Part shown: positions 21,267 through 31,400 of the stretch, piece by piece
Numbering within the stretch: the first letter of the stretch is position 1
Layout of the letters: each line of letters starts with the position of its first letter
Assembly: GCA_023388835.1 (NCBI GenBank)
Contig: JAEWFK010000164.1
Location: 16,155 to 80,154, forward strand
DNA: 64,000 nucleotides
Origin: Pseudomonadota bacterium
GTDB taxonomy: Bacteria; Pseudomonadota; Gammaproteobacteria; Burkholderiales; Burkholderiaceae_B
Direction: 5' to 3'
Made by a program: the position numbers and the translations under genes
The notes under the pieces: model-generated
Database searches by the model: none
Told to the model about the DNA's origin: nothing
What the model saw: the letters and a program-made list of their open reading frames with translations, nothing else

Positions 21267-22853
21267 TCAGTTTTTCTTCTCGATGCCCCAGAACACCACG
21301 ACCGGCGCCTTGAGCAGCGGCGTGACATTGTTGCGGTGCGCGGAGAAATCGTTATAGGTGCCCAGCGGAATGTAAAAGACCTCGTCATAGGCCAGCGCCT
21401 GGATGCGCTCGGCGACGCGAGCGCGTTCACCCTTGTCGGTAGCGCGGGCAAACTCATCCTTCAATTTCTCCATCTCGTCGCTTTCCGACCAGCCGGCATA
21501 GCCCACCAATCCACGGCCATCGAGGTTCAGGTTCGACAGGGGAGAAATCAGGTCCAGGGTATTCCAGCTGCCGTAAGCCAGGCTCCAGCCGCCTTGTTCT
21601 ACGGGGTCGGTCCGGCCCCGGCGGGTGAGGAAGGTTGCCCAATCCATCGCCTGCATCTCGGCGTTCATGCCGATTGTCTGCATGGCTTGCACCGCCATGG
21701 GGGCGAGTGCGGATACCGGTGGGTAATCCGTTGCGTGCAGTGCGACGGTCTTCTGGTTGGTGTAACCGCTTTCTTTCAGCAGCTTCTTGGCGGTTTCGTA
21801 ATCGGGTTGGTCCTTGGTGTGTACGACACCCACATCGGAGGCAAGGTCGCTGGTGCACCCGAACAGGGCGCCGCAGACGGAGTAGGCGTCCGGATTACCG
21901 ACCTGAGCGTCCATGAAGTCGCGCTGGCTGATGGAGTGCAGCAAGGCCTGGCGCACCAGTTTGTTGTTGAATGGAGGCTGCTGCCAGTTCAGACGCAAGG
22001 TGGGCGTCGTGGTGCTGCTGAGACGCTGGACCACAACGCCGGGAGCGTTTTCAAGGCTTTCCATGACGTCGGGGTAGACCAGTTCGATATAGTCGACTTC
22101 GCCTTTGATAAGCGCATTGGCCTCGGTCTGAATGTCGGGCAGTGACAGCCAGACGACACGGTCGACCTTGACCTCCTTGCCTCCGGCCAGGCCGCTGGCC
22201 GGTTCCGGGCGCGGGCGATAGTCGGGATTGCGCTCGTACACCACTTGCAGGCCGGGGCGGTATTCGTTGGCTACGAAGCGGAAGGGGCCGGAGCCGACGA
22301 CTTCGGTGATGGGCTCGCTGGCAGGCTGCTTGGCAAGGCGTTCGGGCATGATGAACGGTACCAGAGAGCTGGCTTTGCTCAGACCATCGATCACGGATCC
22401 GAAGGGTTCCTTCAGAATAATCTGAAAGGTCTTGTCGTCCACTTCCTTCAGATCGTCGGTCATGGTCAACATGCGCACGCCGGTCAGGTCGCGTTCGGCC
22501 CAGCGGCGGATGGAAGCAATGGCATCGCGCGATGTGACGTCGCTGCCGTCATGGAACTTCAGGCCGTCGCGAAGCGTGAAGGTGTAGGTCAGACCGTCGT
22601 CGGAAGCCTGCCAAGTGTCGACCATCTGAGGCTGGAGCTGCAGGTTTTCATCTAACGCGAACAGCGTGTCGTAAACCATGTAGCCATGGTTACGAGTGAT
22701 GTAGGCGGTGGTCGCGATGGGGTCGAGCAGTCGCAGGGGTGCTTGTGCGGCCACTCGGATTGTCGTCGGTTCGTTCGCGACTGCGATGCCGCTGGTAAGC
22801 GCGGTTGCCAAGCCTGAAATAAAAATGGCCGCGCACGTTTTTTTGATGTTCAT
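21267..22853 (-). CDS. ABC substrate-binding protein family 5 (DppA-like)
   Basis: Signal peptide, VYDTLF, TFTLRDGLKFHDG, GSGPF; AGGAG RBS. Confidence 0.92.
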   Translation of the reverse strand: MNIKKTCAAIFISGLATALTSGIAVANEPTTIRVAAQAPLRLLDPIATTAYITRNHGYMVYDTLFALDENLQLQPQMVDTWQASDDGLTYTFTLRDGLKFHDGSDVTSRDAIASIRRWAERDLTGVRMLTMTDDLKEVDDKTFQIILKEPFGSVIDGLSKASSLVPFIMPERLAKQPASEPITEVVGSGPFRFVANEYRPGLQVVYERNPDYRPRPEPASGLAGGKEVKVDRVVWLSLPDIQTEANALIKGEVDYIELVYPDVMESLENAPGVVVQRLSSTTTPTLRLNWQQPPFNNKLVRQALLHSISQRDFMDAQVGNPDAYSVCGALFGCTSDLASDVGVVHTKDQPDYETAKKLLKESGYTNQKTVALHATDYPPVSALAPMAVQAMQTIGMNAEMQAMDWATFLTRRGRTDPVEQGGWSLAYGSWNTLDLISPLSNLNLDGRGLVGYAGWSESDEMEKLKDEFARATDKGERARVAERIQALAYDEVFYIPLGTYNDFSAHRNNVTPLLKAPVVVFWGIEKKN

Positions 22854-22876
22854 GTCTCCTCCTTGGGTTTTTACTG

Positions 22877-23218
22877 TCAATTCACAAGATGCCGGGGAAC
22901 CGTGATGGCGGCTCCGAGCAAGCGGAAAGAAAGGCTCTTTCCGTGTCCGTCCAGTCCTAGGCTGCTGTTGACGCCGCCTTCGAGTACGTTGTGGATGACG
23001 AAGTTGAATGCGTCGATACGAGGCAGGTCGTAGCGCACCACCTGGGACGGGGATCGATCACAGAACAGCTGCTGCACCCTGTCAGCGGTCAGCTGATCCT
23101 TCAGAAGCTCGAAGTATTCCGGCTTGAAGCAAAATACGCCTATGTTCAGAACATTTCCTTTGTCGCCTGAGCGGGCGTGGGCGAGTTGGCGTAGCGTGAT
23201 GGTGAGTGTGTCTTCCAT
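22877..23218 (-). CDS. AtuA C-terminal-like small protein
   Basis: AHARSGDKG and LDGHGKSLS motifs typical of the AtuA C-terminal ferredoxin-like domain. Confidence 0.8.
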   Translation of the reverse strand: MEDTLTITLRQLAHARSGDKGNVLNIGVFCFKPEYFELLKDQLTADRVQQLFCDRSPSQVVRYDLPRIDAFNFVIHNVLEGGVNSSLGLDGHGKSLSFRLLGAAITVPRHLVN

Positions 23219-23226
23219 CAGAATCT

Positions 23227-24585
23227 CTATAGGTAGGAAATCCGGGGAGTGATCAGGCTGCGTTCGATGACGCACGATGTCGTAGCCAGCCTGGAAGACA
23301 GACGGGTGCGCACCCCGGCGCCGCCAGCCGGTCCGGAGCAATACAGAGCTTCCACTTCTTCCAAGAGATATCGGGCATGGGTTTGATCGGGGCTGGACAG
23401 CGCGAACCGGACCCGTATGTCACGGCTGTTGCTGCCTTCGCTGATCTCATCATGGAATTTTTCGTTGCTGCCCAGCACGCTGAGAGCGCCGATGAAGTCG
23501 ATTCGGGGTGCGCTGTCCGGGTATCGCTGTCGCACGCGCTCGCGGATGATGCGGGCGGCAAGCTGAGCGCGCCCCATGGCGTTGTCCCCGGCGTATGAAA
23601 TTTCACCCTCCGCCAGCGTGCCACTTTCCACGCAGACCGTCGCTTTCAGTCGTTCTGGCCGAGGCGCGCCGCGCGCGCCACTTACCCGGACCCGGTCGGG
23701 GCCATCCTGGTGAAGCGTCACTCCGGTCACATCGAGTACGACATCGGGAGTGAGATAGCAGGCCGGGTCGTGAATTTCATACAGCAGCTGCTCTTTGACG
23801 GTGCGGAGATCGACAATTCCACCCGTGCCTTCCGGCTTGGTGATGACGCATTCGCCGTTCCGACCGATTTCGGCGATTGGATAGCCGATATTGGCCATGT
23901 CCGGCACATCTTTGATGCCCGGGTCGGCAAAATAGCCGCCGGTGACCTGAGCGCCGCATTCGATGAGATGTCCCGCCAGGGTGCCGGTGGCCAGCATGTC
24001 CCAATCGTCTTCGGCGATCTTGAACGCATGAATCATCGGACCCAGTACCAAAGAGGGATCGGCAACCCTGCCGGTGATGACGATGTCAACGCCGGCATCA
24101 AGCGCCTCGGCGATTTGGAAGGCGCCGAGATAGGCATTGGCCGACACCAGGCGACTATCGTCCCGCAGCACGCCGGCCGGAAGCTCGCGTTCTCGGAGTT
24201 CGGAGAGATTCAAGGTGTCGATCAGATCGTCGCCTTCTACGATGGCGATGCGTGGCAACGGCCCGCCTTGACGCTGTGCGATCTCTTGGATGAGGCGGGC
24301 GGCCGCACGGGGATTCGCCGCGCCGAAGTTGCTAACGATCCGGATGTTGGAAGCCAGGCACTCCTGCAATACGGGCTCGATGTAGGAGCGCAGCCTGGGC
24401 GCATACCCTTTGTCCGGATCGCCGGCTCGCAATAATTGAGCGGCGGCAAGTGTTCGTTCGGCGAGTGTTTCGTAGACGAGAAAGCGAGGGCCGGGGCAGG
24501 TTTTCAGTTGCCGGACGACCGCTTCCGCTGCGTCGCTGCGGTCGCCGCCAAAACCCGCGCCGGCGCCGACGTAAATTTTCTCCAT
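23227..24585 (-). CDS. acyclic terpene utilisation AtuA family protein (DUF1446)
   Basis: GAGFGGDR, ETLAERT, NAYLGA, TGRVADP, GHLIECGAQVTGGYF, EQLLYEIHDP..YLTPDV. Confidence 0.88.
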   Translation of the reverse strand: MEKIYVGAGAGFGGDRSDAAEAVVRQLKTCPGPRFLVYETLAERTLAAAQLLRAGDPDKGYAPRLRSYIEPVLQECLASNIRIVSNFGAANPRAAARLIQEIAQRQGGPLPRIAIVEGDDLIDTLNLSELRERELPAGVLRDDSRLVSANAYLGAFQIAEALDAGVDIVITGRVADPSLVLGPMIHAFKIAEDDWDMLATGTLAGHLIECGAQVTGGYFADPGIKDVPDMANIGYPIAEIGRNGECVITKPEGTGGIVDLRTVKEQLLYEIHDPACYLTPDVVLDVTGVTLHQDGPDRVRVSGARGAPRPERLKATVCVESGTLAEGEISYAGDNAMGRAQLAARIIRERVRQRYPDSAPRIDFIGALSVLGSNEKFHDEISEGSNSRDIRVRFALSSPDQTHARYLLEEVEALYCSGPAGGAGVRTRLSSRLATTSCVIERSLITPRISYL

Positions 24586-24750
24586 GTTGTCTCCGACTTC
24601 TATTCGTCTTTTGGATAGGATTTTAGGAAGCAGGGATATATACAGTCAAATAACTTAATCCTTGTGATTAATAGGTCAAGGCGATATATTTTTGTCGCGG
24701 GCATAAGAGAGAGCCTGCTCCGAGCCCGTAAACTAGCCAGACCATCTCGT

Positions 24751-25662
24751 ATGAATATCACCTTGCGCCAGCTAGAAATCCTTATCGCCGTCGGAGAGAT
24801 GGTCAGCTTCAGTAAAGCGGCGGATGCGCTGGGCGTCACCCAGCCTTCCGTCAGCGAATCGATACGTCGCCTTGAGTATGAGCTGGGTGTGGTGCTGTTC
24901 GAACGCACGACTCGTTCGCTGGTCTTGACTCCGGATGGTCAGAAGACCATGGAAATTGCCAGAGATATGCTGGCCAACTTCCGCAGCGGCGTGCGGGCGA
25001 TTCAGTCGCGCATGTCGCAACCCGAGCGCCGACTGGTGATCGCCAGCCTGCCTTCCATCACAGTCGCATTGCTGCCTCGGGCGTTAAAGGTGCTTGGGAA
25101 GCAATTCCCTCATGTAGAAGTGGTAGTGCATGACGTCCGGCACGAAGACGCCATTCGTCTGCTGATCGACGGTATCGCGCACGTGGCCCTGACGGCGAAC
25201 CTCACTCGGGATGAGCAGCTCGAATTCCTGCATTTCGGGAATGATCCCGTGGTGTTGGTCTGCCGGCGCGATCATGAACTTTATCTGCAAGCGGCGACTC
25301 CCACTTGGGAACAGGTGGCCGGATATCCGTTCGTCGGCTTGGCGAAGAGTTCGTCAGTGCGTATGCTGACCGACCTGGCGTTTCTGCAGGAAGACCTGGT
25401 CTGTACGCCCGCCTACGAGGTGGGGCAGATTCCCTCGGCAATCGCTCTGGTGGAGGCGGGTCTCGGCGTGACTGCGCTGCCTACGCTGACCCTCGCCATG
25501 ATGAGAAATCAGGAGATCGCTGTGCGGCCGATCTCGCCGCTGATCCGCCGACTACCGGGGGCGGTGTTGTTGCGTAAGCGGAAGGTCGATCCAGTACTGC
25601 AAAGCCTGATAGACCTGCTGCAGGAAGCATTCGAAAAGCAGGTGTCCTCTCTGTCCTGCTGA
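24751..25662 (+). CDS. LysR-type transcriptional regulator, divergent from the atuA-like operon
   Basis: SFSKAADALGVTQPSVS, LFERTTR..LTPDG. Confidence 0.93.
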   Translation: MNITLRQLEILIAVGEMVSFSKAADALGVTQPSVSESIRRLEYELGVVLFERTTRSLVLTPDGQKTMEIARDMLANFRSGVRAIQSRMSQPERRLVIASLPSITVALLPRALKVLGKQFPHVEVVVHDVRHEDAIRLLIDGIAHVALTANLTRDEQLEFLHFGNDPVVLVCRRDHELYLQAATPTWEQVAGYPFVGLAKSSSVRMLTDLAFLQEDLVCTPAYEVGQIPSAIALVEAGLGVTALPTLTLAMMRNQEIAVRPISPLIRRLPGAVLLRKRKVDPVLQSLIDLLQEAFEKQVSSLSC

Positions 25663-25715
25663 TGCTCCTTCGAACAGGCTGACACTCCGCATCACAGAAT
25701 ACTTAGCCCTTATTT

Positions 25716-26861
25716 TTACCGTTGAGCGAGGGCGGGTTGCATGCCGGTGGCTTCCTGGATGCGGATGGATGCGTTGACAGCGGCCGTGCGCGTGGGATAG
25801 GGGCCGATGCGCACGCGGTGCAGCCCGTTGTTCGTGTCGATATGCGCATCGCGGCTTTCCACCTGCTCGATTTCCGTGTTCAGGCGGTTGGCAAGCTGGT
25901 CGGCTGAGATGTAGCTGCTGAAGGCGCCGAACTGCAGGTAGATACCCTCGGCGGGAGAATCGGTCACCGTGGGTGCGATCGCTCGGCGGGCCGGCGCGGC
26001 ATGCGCGGAAGCAACGCGTGGCTGCATCGGTTCCTGGGCTTGCGGCTCGAGGGCCGCCAGGGCGTCCGGCGTGATTGTCGACGTGGGCACCGCAGCAGGA
26101 ATCGGCGTGGCCGCCACCGTGGCAGGTTCGGTAACCGGCGCAGCGCTCACGGATGCCGCATTTCCAGGCGCCGCCGATGGCGCCGCGCGGGCGACGATAG
26201 CCGTCGATTTTTCGGGGGCTGGAGGCGTGGCCGCCGCCACGGTGGTGGGCCGGCTGCGTGTAGCCATGTTCAAGCCTTTGCGGATATCAGCATGGGTGAT
26301 GGCCTCGACCACCACCACATCGCTGCCGTGCCCGATGATGCCCAGCCGCGCCGCGGCCGCGTAGGACAGATCGATGACTCGCCCGCGCAGGAACGGCCCA
26401 CGGTCGTTCACACGTACGATCACAGATCGGCCGCTTCTCTCGTGCGTGACGCGTGCATAGCTGGGCAGCGGCAATGTGGGATGGGCCGCCGTCATGGTGT
26501 ACATGTCGTAGGTTTCGCCATTGGCGGTCTTCTGCCCATGGAACTTGCGGCCATACCACGAGGCGACGCCCCGCTGGCGCAAGGCCGTGCTGGCGCTCAC
26601 TGGAACGAAACGCTGACCCAGAACTGTGTACGGCCGGAAGTTCGCCGCGTTGTGCCGCTCGATACGGGGCACGGCGTCCGGGATGTTCTCGATGCCCGGG
26701 GGAATATTGCTGCCTGGGCCGTCATCCATGTAATAACCGCCGCCCGTCGTTCGTGCGGAAGGGTGTTTTGGGGGTGAGCTGCACCCCGCGATCATGGCGC
26801 CCACAATCAGGAGCACGGGCAGTATCCGGTACTGGAATGTCGTCGAGAGCGTCGTGGTCAT
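25716..26861 (-). CDS. rlpA: septal ring lytic transglycosylase RlpA (DPBB + SPOR)
   Basis: Lipobox IAGC, GVASWYG, TAAHPTLPLP, VNDRGPF, C-terminal SPOR (LQFGAF, RVRIGP). Confidence 0.95.
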   Translation of the reverse strand: MTTTLSTTFQYRILPVLLIVGAMIAGCSSPPKHPSARTTGGGYYMDDGPGSNIPPGIENIPDAVPRIERHNAANFRPYTVLGQRFVPVSASTALRQRGVASWYGRKFHGQKTANGETYDMYTMTAAHPTLPLPSYARVTHERSGRSVIVRVNDRGPFLRGRVIDLSYAAAARLGIIGHGSDVVVVEAITHADIRKGLNMATRSRPTTVAAATPPAPEKSTAIVARAAPSAAPGNAASVSAAPVTEPATVAATPIPAAVPTSTITPDALAALEPQAQEPMQPRVASAHAAPARRAIAPTVTDSPAEGIYLQFGAFSSYISADQLANRLNTEIEQVESRDAHIDTNNGLHRVRIGPYPTRTAAVNASIRIQEATGMQPALAQR

Positions 26862-26874
26862 TGTCAATCGATGT

Positions 26875-27747
26875 TCATGGGAGTTCCGGAGGTGGTTGGT
26901 TGCGATGGCGGATCAGGGGGCCGTGATCCGCAAAACGCCGCGCAAGCTCTTCTGTAACATAGACCGAGCGATGCTTGCCGCCCGTGCAGCCAATCGCCAC
27001 GGTGAGATAGTTGCGCGTGTCCTGCATGTACAACGGCAGCCAGCGTTGAATATAGCCGGCGATGTCGGCGATCATAGCTTCGACGCTTCCGAACTGCGAC
27101 AGCCATTTGGCCACCGGAGCATCGCGCCCGGTAAAAGGACGCAAGGCTTGGTCATAGTGCGGATTGGGAAGGCAGCGTACGTCAAAGACCAGGTCGGCAT
27201 CGCCGGGCACCCCGCGTTTGTATGCGAAGGACTCGAAGGTCAGCACCACCGGAGCACGGTCCGCCTGCACAAGGTCGCGAACCCAGGCCCGCAACTGCCC
27301 CGGGGTCAGATCGGACGTGTCGATGGTGTGTTCTTGTTCGCGCAGCGGAGCCAGCATCTCGCGCTCCGCGTCGATGCAGTCCTGAAGGGAAGGCGTACGG
27401 CCTTGCCGCTGCGCCAGCCTGTCGGTGAGCGGGTGCCGCCGACGCGATTCAGAATAGCGCTGGCGTAGCGTGTGGTCGTTGGCGTCCAGAAAGATGACGC
27501 GAAAGCCGATTCCCGCCGTGCGCATCTCCTGGATGACCGGCGGAAGTTCGTCGAGCTCGCCGATAGTGCGCACATCGATGGCGACCGCGACACGCTCCAT
27601 GCCTTGCGCACGTGTGTTCGCAATGAATTCCTGCAGGAAACGCACGGGCAGGTTGTCGACGCAGGTATAGCCGGCGTCCTCGAGCAGGCGCAGGGCGACG
27701 GACTTGCCGGAGCCGGATATGCCAGTAATGAGAACGATGTTGTGCAT
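26875..27747 (-). CDS. rapZ: RNase adapter protein RapZ
   Basis: GISGSGKS, CVDNLP, RRRHPL, DVRCLPNPHY, GCTGGKHRSV. Confidence 0.96.
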   Translation of the reverse strand: MHNIVLITGISGSGKSVALRLLEDAGYTCVDNLPVRFLQEFIANTRAQGMERVAVAIDVRTIGELDELPPVIQEMRTAGIGFRVIFLDANDHTLRQRYSESRRRHPLTDRLAQRQGRTPSLQDCIDAEREMLAPLREQEHTIDTSDLTPGQLRAWVRDLVQADRAPVVLTFESFAYKRGVPGDADLVFDVRCLPNPHYDQALRPFTGRDAPVAKWLSQFGSVEAMIADIAGYIQRWLPLYMQDTRNYLTVAIGCTGGKHRSVYVTEELARRFADHGPLIRHRNQPPPELP

Positions 27748-27890
27748 GGATGCAGGTCTTCAGTGGATGCGAGGGGCGTGCCGTTAAGCGGATCCCGGAC
27801 AATGGTACCAAAGCAAGGGAGCGTCGGCCCGCATGCGCCTCGGATTAGCGCGGCGCCAGTCGTTTCACAGCGGACTGTTCGGTGTCCCTG

Positions 27891-28823
27891 CTAATCTCTG
27901 CGACTGTTTTCCATGATCGCAAGGGCCTGGCGTTCTATGAACTCGCCCATGGTATCGATGCCGCGCAGGGTCAGGATCGTATTGCGGACGGCCGCTTCAA
28001 CGAGCACGGCAAGGTTGCGGCCGGCCGCCACTTGCAGCATGACGCGGCGGACGGGCACGCCCAATATGTCTTCGGTCTGATCCTGCACGGGCAGCCGTTC
28101 GAAATTTTCCGGGGTGGAGCGGATGAGATGCACCATCAGGCTGAGCTTCATCTTGCGGCGCACGGAGGTCTCGCCGAAGATGGTGCGGATATCCAGCAGC
28201 CCCAGCCCGCGGACTTCCAGCAGATTCTGCAGCAAGGGCGGACAGTGCCCTTCGATGATGCTGGGCGCGATGCGCGAGAGCTCAACGGCGTCGTCGGCCA
28301 CCAGGCCGTGCCCACGCGAAATCAGCTCCAGGGCCAGCTCGCTCTTGCCCAAACCGGATTCGCCGGTAATCAACACCCCCACGCCCAGCACATCGAGAAA
28401 AACACCATGCACCAGTGTCTTGGGCGCGAGGCGTTTACCCAGGTAGATGCGGAGCAGATCGATCAGTTGGGCCGCATCGATGTGGGTGGACAGCAAGGGT
28501 ATGCCGTTGTTTTCGCAGAAGCTGCGCAGGTCGTCGGGTGCTTGCAGGCTTTCGGCCACCAGTATGGCGGGCACGCCGCCCGCCCGCAGTTCTTCCAGCA
28601 AATGCACGCGCCGCGCGGTATCGAAGTTGGTGTAGTAGGTGAGCTCTTCAGCGCCCAGTACCTGCACCCGGGAAGGATGAATGAGGTTCAGGTGGCCGAC
28701 GAGGTCTGCGCCGGCGCGACCGAAGTTGTTCGTGATGGGCTGATCTGCCGCCTGTTCGCCTGCCACCCATGTGAAGTCGATGCTGTCGACATTGTCAGAG
28801 ACGAATTCCTGCAGCGTCAGCAT
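27891..28823 (-). CDS. hprK: HPr kinase/phosphorylase
   Basis: HGVFLDV, GESGLGKSELALEL, LVADD, LEVRGLG. Confidence 0.96.
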   Translation of the reverse strand: MLTLQEFVSDNVDSIDFTWVAGEQAADQPITNNFGRAGADLVGHLNLIHPSRVQVLGAEELTYYTNFDTARRVHLLEELRAGGVPAILVAESLQAPDDLRSFCENNGIPLLSTHIDAAQLIDLLRIYLGKRLAPKTLVHGVFLDVLGVGVLITGESGLGKSELALELISRGHGLVADDAVELSRIAPSIIEGHCPPLLQNLLEVRGLGLLDIRTIFGETSVRRKMKLSLMVHLIRSTPENFERLPVQDQTEDILGVPVRRVMLQVAAGRNLAVLVEAAVRNTILTLRGIDTMGEFIERQALAIMENSRRD

Positions 28824-28827
28824 GGCG

Positions 28828-29289
28828 CTATTCCTGTGCGGGCGGCCGTGTCAGAAGTTCGTGAACGATGCCGGGATCGTCTTCCGTCGCCAGGGCGTGT
28901 CGGACATCGGCGTCGGACATCAGACGGGCGATCTCCGCGAGCAGCTCCAGGTGCGTCTGGGTCGCGTTTTCAGGGACCAGAAGAATGAAGAGCAAGTTGG
29001 CGGCGCGCCCATCGGTGGCGTCGAACCGTACAGGTTCGCTCAGCCGGATGAAGGCAGCGCAGGGCTCCTTGAGATCTTTGATGCGGCCGTGAGGTACGGC
29101 GACCTGATGGCCAAGGGCCGTGGAACCGAGCCGTTCCCGAGCTATCAGGCTCTGGAAGACCGCCGTTCGCGCGATACCGTTGTGGTTTTCAAAGAGTAGG
29201 CCGGCCTGTTCGAATGCGCGCTTTTTGCTTGTGGCTGCAAGGTCCAACACCACATTCGAGGGCGGCAGGATTCGCGACATGAGGTTCAT
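28828..29289 (-). CDS. ptsN: PTS IIA-like nitrogen regulatory protein
   Basis: SKKRAFE, RERLGST, VAVPHGR. Confidence 0.94.
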   Translation of the reverse strand: MNLMSRILPPSNVVLDLAATSKKRAFEQAGLLFENHNGIARTAVFQSLIARERLGSTALGHQVAVPHGRIKDLKEPCAAFIRLSEPVRFDATDGRAANLLFILLVPENATQTHLELLAEIARLMSDADVRHALATEDDPGIVHELLTRPPAQE

Positions 29290-29359
29290 GCAGCTCATTA
29301 TATGTTTATTGCTCTGCAACATACAAAGCGGCCGTTGCAGAGTGAGGTGAGGTCCCCAG

Positions 29360-29396
29360 AAAAACCCAGGCCCCGAACCGCTCGTGTTCGAGGCCT
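29360..29396 (-). terminator. putative intrinsic terminator after hpf
   Basis: AGGCCCCGAAC / GTTCGAGGCCT stem, followed by GGGTTTTT on the minus strand. Confidence 0.5.
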
Positions 29397-29422
29397 TATT
29401 GGCGTGGTGTGCGACGGCGCCG

Positions 29423-29749
29423 TTATTCGGCGGGCACTTCCTGTCGCTTCACGGGTTCGTGAGCATGGTTCTGGACCTTGGTCTTGTACTTGATCACCTG
29501 GCGATCGATCTTGTCGGCCAGCAAGTCGATGGAAGCGTAGAGGTTTTCGTCACGCGCTTCGCAGTGAATGTCCTTGCCGGGAAGGCGGACGGTCACTTCA
29601 GCGGTGTGTTGAAGCTTCTCGATCGAGAGCATGACCTGCGTGTCGATGACGTTGTCGAAGTGGCGACCGACGCGAGCCATTTTGTTGGTGGCGTATTCGC
29701 GGATTGCCGGGGTGATTTCGAGATGACGACCACTGATGCTCAGGTTCAT
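29423..29749 (-). CDS. hpf: ribosome hibernation promoting factor (HPF/RaiA)
   Basis: MNLSISGRHLEITPAIREY, LYASIDLLADKIDRQV. Confidence 0.94.
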   Translation of the reverse strand: MNLSISGRHLEITPAIREYATNKMARVGRHFDNVIDTQVMLSIEKLQHTAEVTVRLPGKDIHCEARDENLYASIDLLADKIDRQVIKYKTKVQNHAHEPVKRQEVPAE

Positions 29750-29839
29750 ATAAAACGCTCCTACAGTTAGGGTTCGGGGCGCGGTATGCGCCAGTCGTTA
29801 CGCGATGATGACCTCCGTGTTTCGGTTTCGTGATGATTC

Positions 29840-29899
29840 AGTGTATCGCTTCGAGCAGGGAAATCAAGCTGCACTGCGGGCGGGGATGATCCGCGTCAA
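29840..29899 (-). promoter_or_regulatory. candidate sigma70 promoter of hpf with upstream FNR-like box
   Basis: Minus strand TTGATT-N16-TACACT (29867-29840); TTGAC-GCGG-ATCAT (29899-29886) matches TTGAT-N4-ATCAA with 2 mismatches. Confidence 0.45.
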
Positions 29900-29984
29900 T
29901 TGCGATATGTTTCGGTGGAGTGCGCCGGCGCCAAACCAAGGCCGTGGCGGGCAATGTGGGTGAGGCGGTTTCCGCGCGCGCCCC

Positions 29985-30794
29985 CTACATCTTGAAATTC
30001 TTGCCCAGATACACCTTCCGCACCGCCTCATTGTCGATGATCTCGTTCGGATGCCCGCTCGTCAGCACCCGCCCCTCGCTGATAATGTAGGCCCGGTCAC
30101 AGATTCCCAGCGTCTCGCGCACATTGTGGTCCGTGATCAGCACACCGATATTGCGGTTCTTCAGGAAATGCACAATGCGCTGGATCTCGATCACCGCGAT
30201 CGGGTCCACCCCGGCGAAAGGCTCGTCCAGCAGAATAAAGCGCGGATTGGTGGCCAGCGCGCGAGCGATCTCCACCCGGCGGCGCTCGCCGCCCGACAGA
30301 GAGATCGCCGTATTACGGCGGATATGACCGATCTGCAATTCGTCGATCAACGATTCCAGCGCCTCGCCCACCTCGGCGGAATTGAGCGGGCGCTCGTCGT
30401 CGCTCACCTGCAGTTCGAGCACCGCACGGATGTTCTCTTCCACCGTCAGCCGGCGGAATACCGAGGCGTCCTGCGGGAGATAGGACAGCCCCAGCCGGGC
30501 GCGGCGGTGTATCGGCATATTCGTGATCGCTGTATTGTCGATCTCGATACGGCCCGAGTCCGCGGGCACGATGCCCACGATCATGTAGAAGCTCGTCGTC
30601 TTGCCGGCGCCGTTCGGCCCAAGCAGCCCCACGACTTCGCCGCTGTCGACGGACAGGGAAACATCTTCCACCACCGTGCGCTTGCCATAGACCTTGCGAA
30701 GGCCCGTGGCCCGCAGGCAGCCGGGGCTTCCGCTGCTGGCGCGGCGCACCGATGCTCCCGGGACCTTGCGCGAGAAAATACTCTTACTACCCAA
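29985..30794 (-). CDS. lptB: LPS export ABC ATPase LptB
   Basis: [43 protein letters not shown]; start codon uncertain. Confidence 0.96.
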   Translation of the reverse strand: MGSKSIFSRKVPGASVRRASSGSPGCLRATGLRKVYGKRTVVEDVSLSVDSGEVVGLLGPNGAGKTTSFYMIVGIVPADSGRIEIDNTAITNMPIHRRARLGLSYLPQDASVFRRLTVEENIRAVLELQVSDDERPLNSAEVGEALESLIDELQIGHIRRNTAISLSGGERRRVEIARALATNPRFILLDEPFAGVDPIAVIEIQRIVHFLKNRNIGVLITDHNVRETLGICDRAYIISEGRVLTSGHPNEIIDNEAVRKVYLGKNFKM

Positions 30795-30803
30795 GTCGTG
30801 ACC

Positions 30804-31400
30804 TCAGTTCTTTGCGCCTTGCTGCTTGCGGCAGGCCTCGACGGCGGCGTCGGCGCGTGCCCGGGGGGTGGCCAGCGACCGAACCCGTCCACCGGGAGCA
30901 GCGGAGTTCGGCCCGCCAAAGGCCTGGTAGGTGCCGGTCTTCTGACGATAGATCACGCGTTCGCCCTGAATGTTGTCGAAGGGCTTGCCGCAGATGTAGC
31001 GGGTGAGGATGGCCTTGCCGATCATCTCCACCTCTTCAGTCTTGCCGTTGTACTCGGCGCGCTGGCCGCGCGCCTCGAGAACCTCGAATTTTTGCGGGTT
31101 TTCCTGGCGCAGAAAGACCAGTTTGCCACCCTCGACCGTAGCGGTCCCATGCTGGAAGCCTTCGGCATCTTCCCTGGTGGTCAGGCGGTCGGAGTGCAGC
31201 GTCATGTCTCCGCGGGTCAGCACGACATTGCCGGTGAAGACGCTTTCCTTGGCCATGTCGTCGTAGTTGAGCGTATCGGAGATGATGAGGGTGTCGGGTT
31301 CGTCTTGACTCCCGCTTTGCTGGGCTCGCGCGGGCGAGAGGCCGGCGGCCATGCAAAAGGCCAGGCTGGAAACGAGGAAGAGGCGTAGTGGTGTCGTCAT
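30804..31400 (-). CDS. lptA: LPS transport periplasmic protein LptA
   Basis: Signal peptide, FTGNVVLTRG beta-jellyroll pattern, GGRVR; between lptC and lptB. Confidence 0.92.
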   Translation of the reverse strand: MTTPLRLFLVSSLAFCMAAGLSPARAQQSGSQDEPDTLIISDTLNYDDMAKESVFTGNVVLTRGDMTLHSDRLTTREDAEGFQHGTATVEGGKLVFLRQENPQKFEVLEARGQRAEYNGKTEEVEMIGKAILTRYICGKPFDNIQGERVIYRQKTGTYQAFGGPNSAAPGGRVRSLATPRARADAAVEACRKQQGAKN

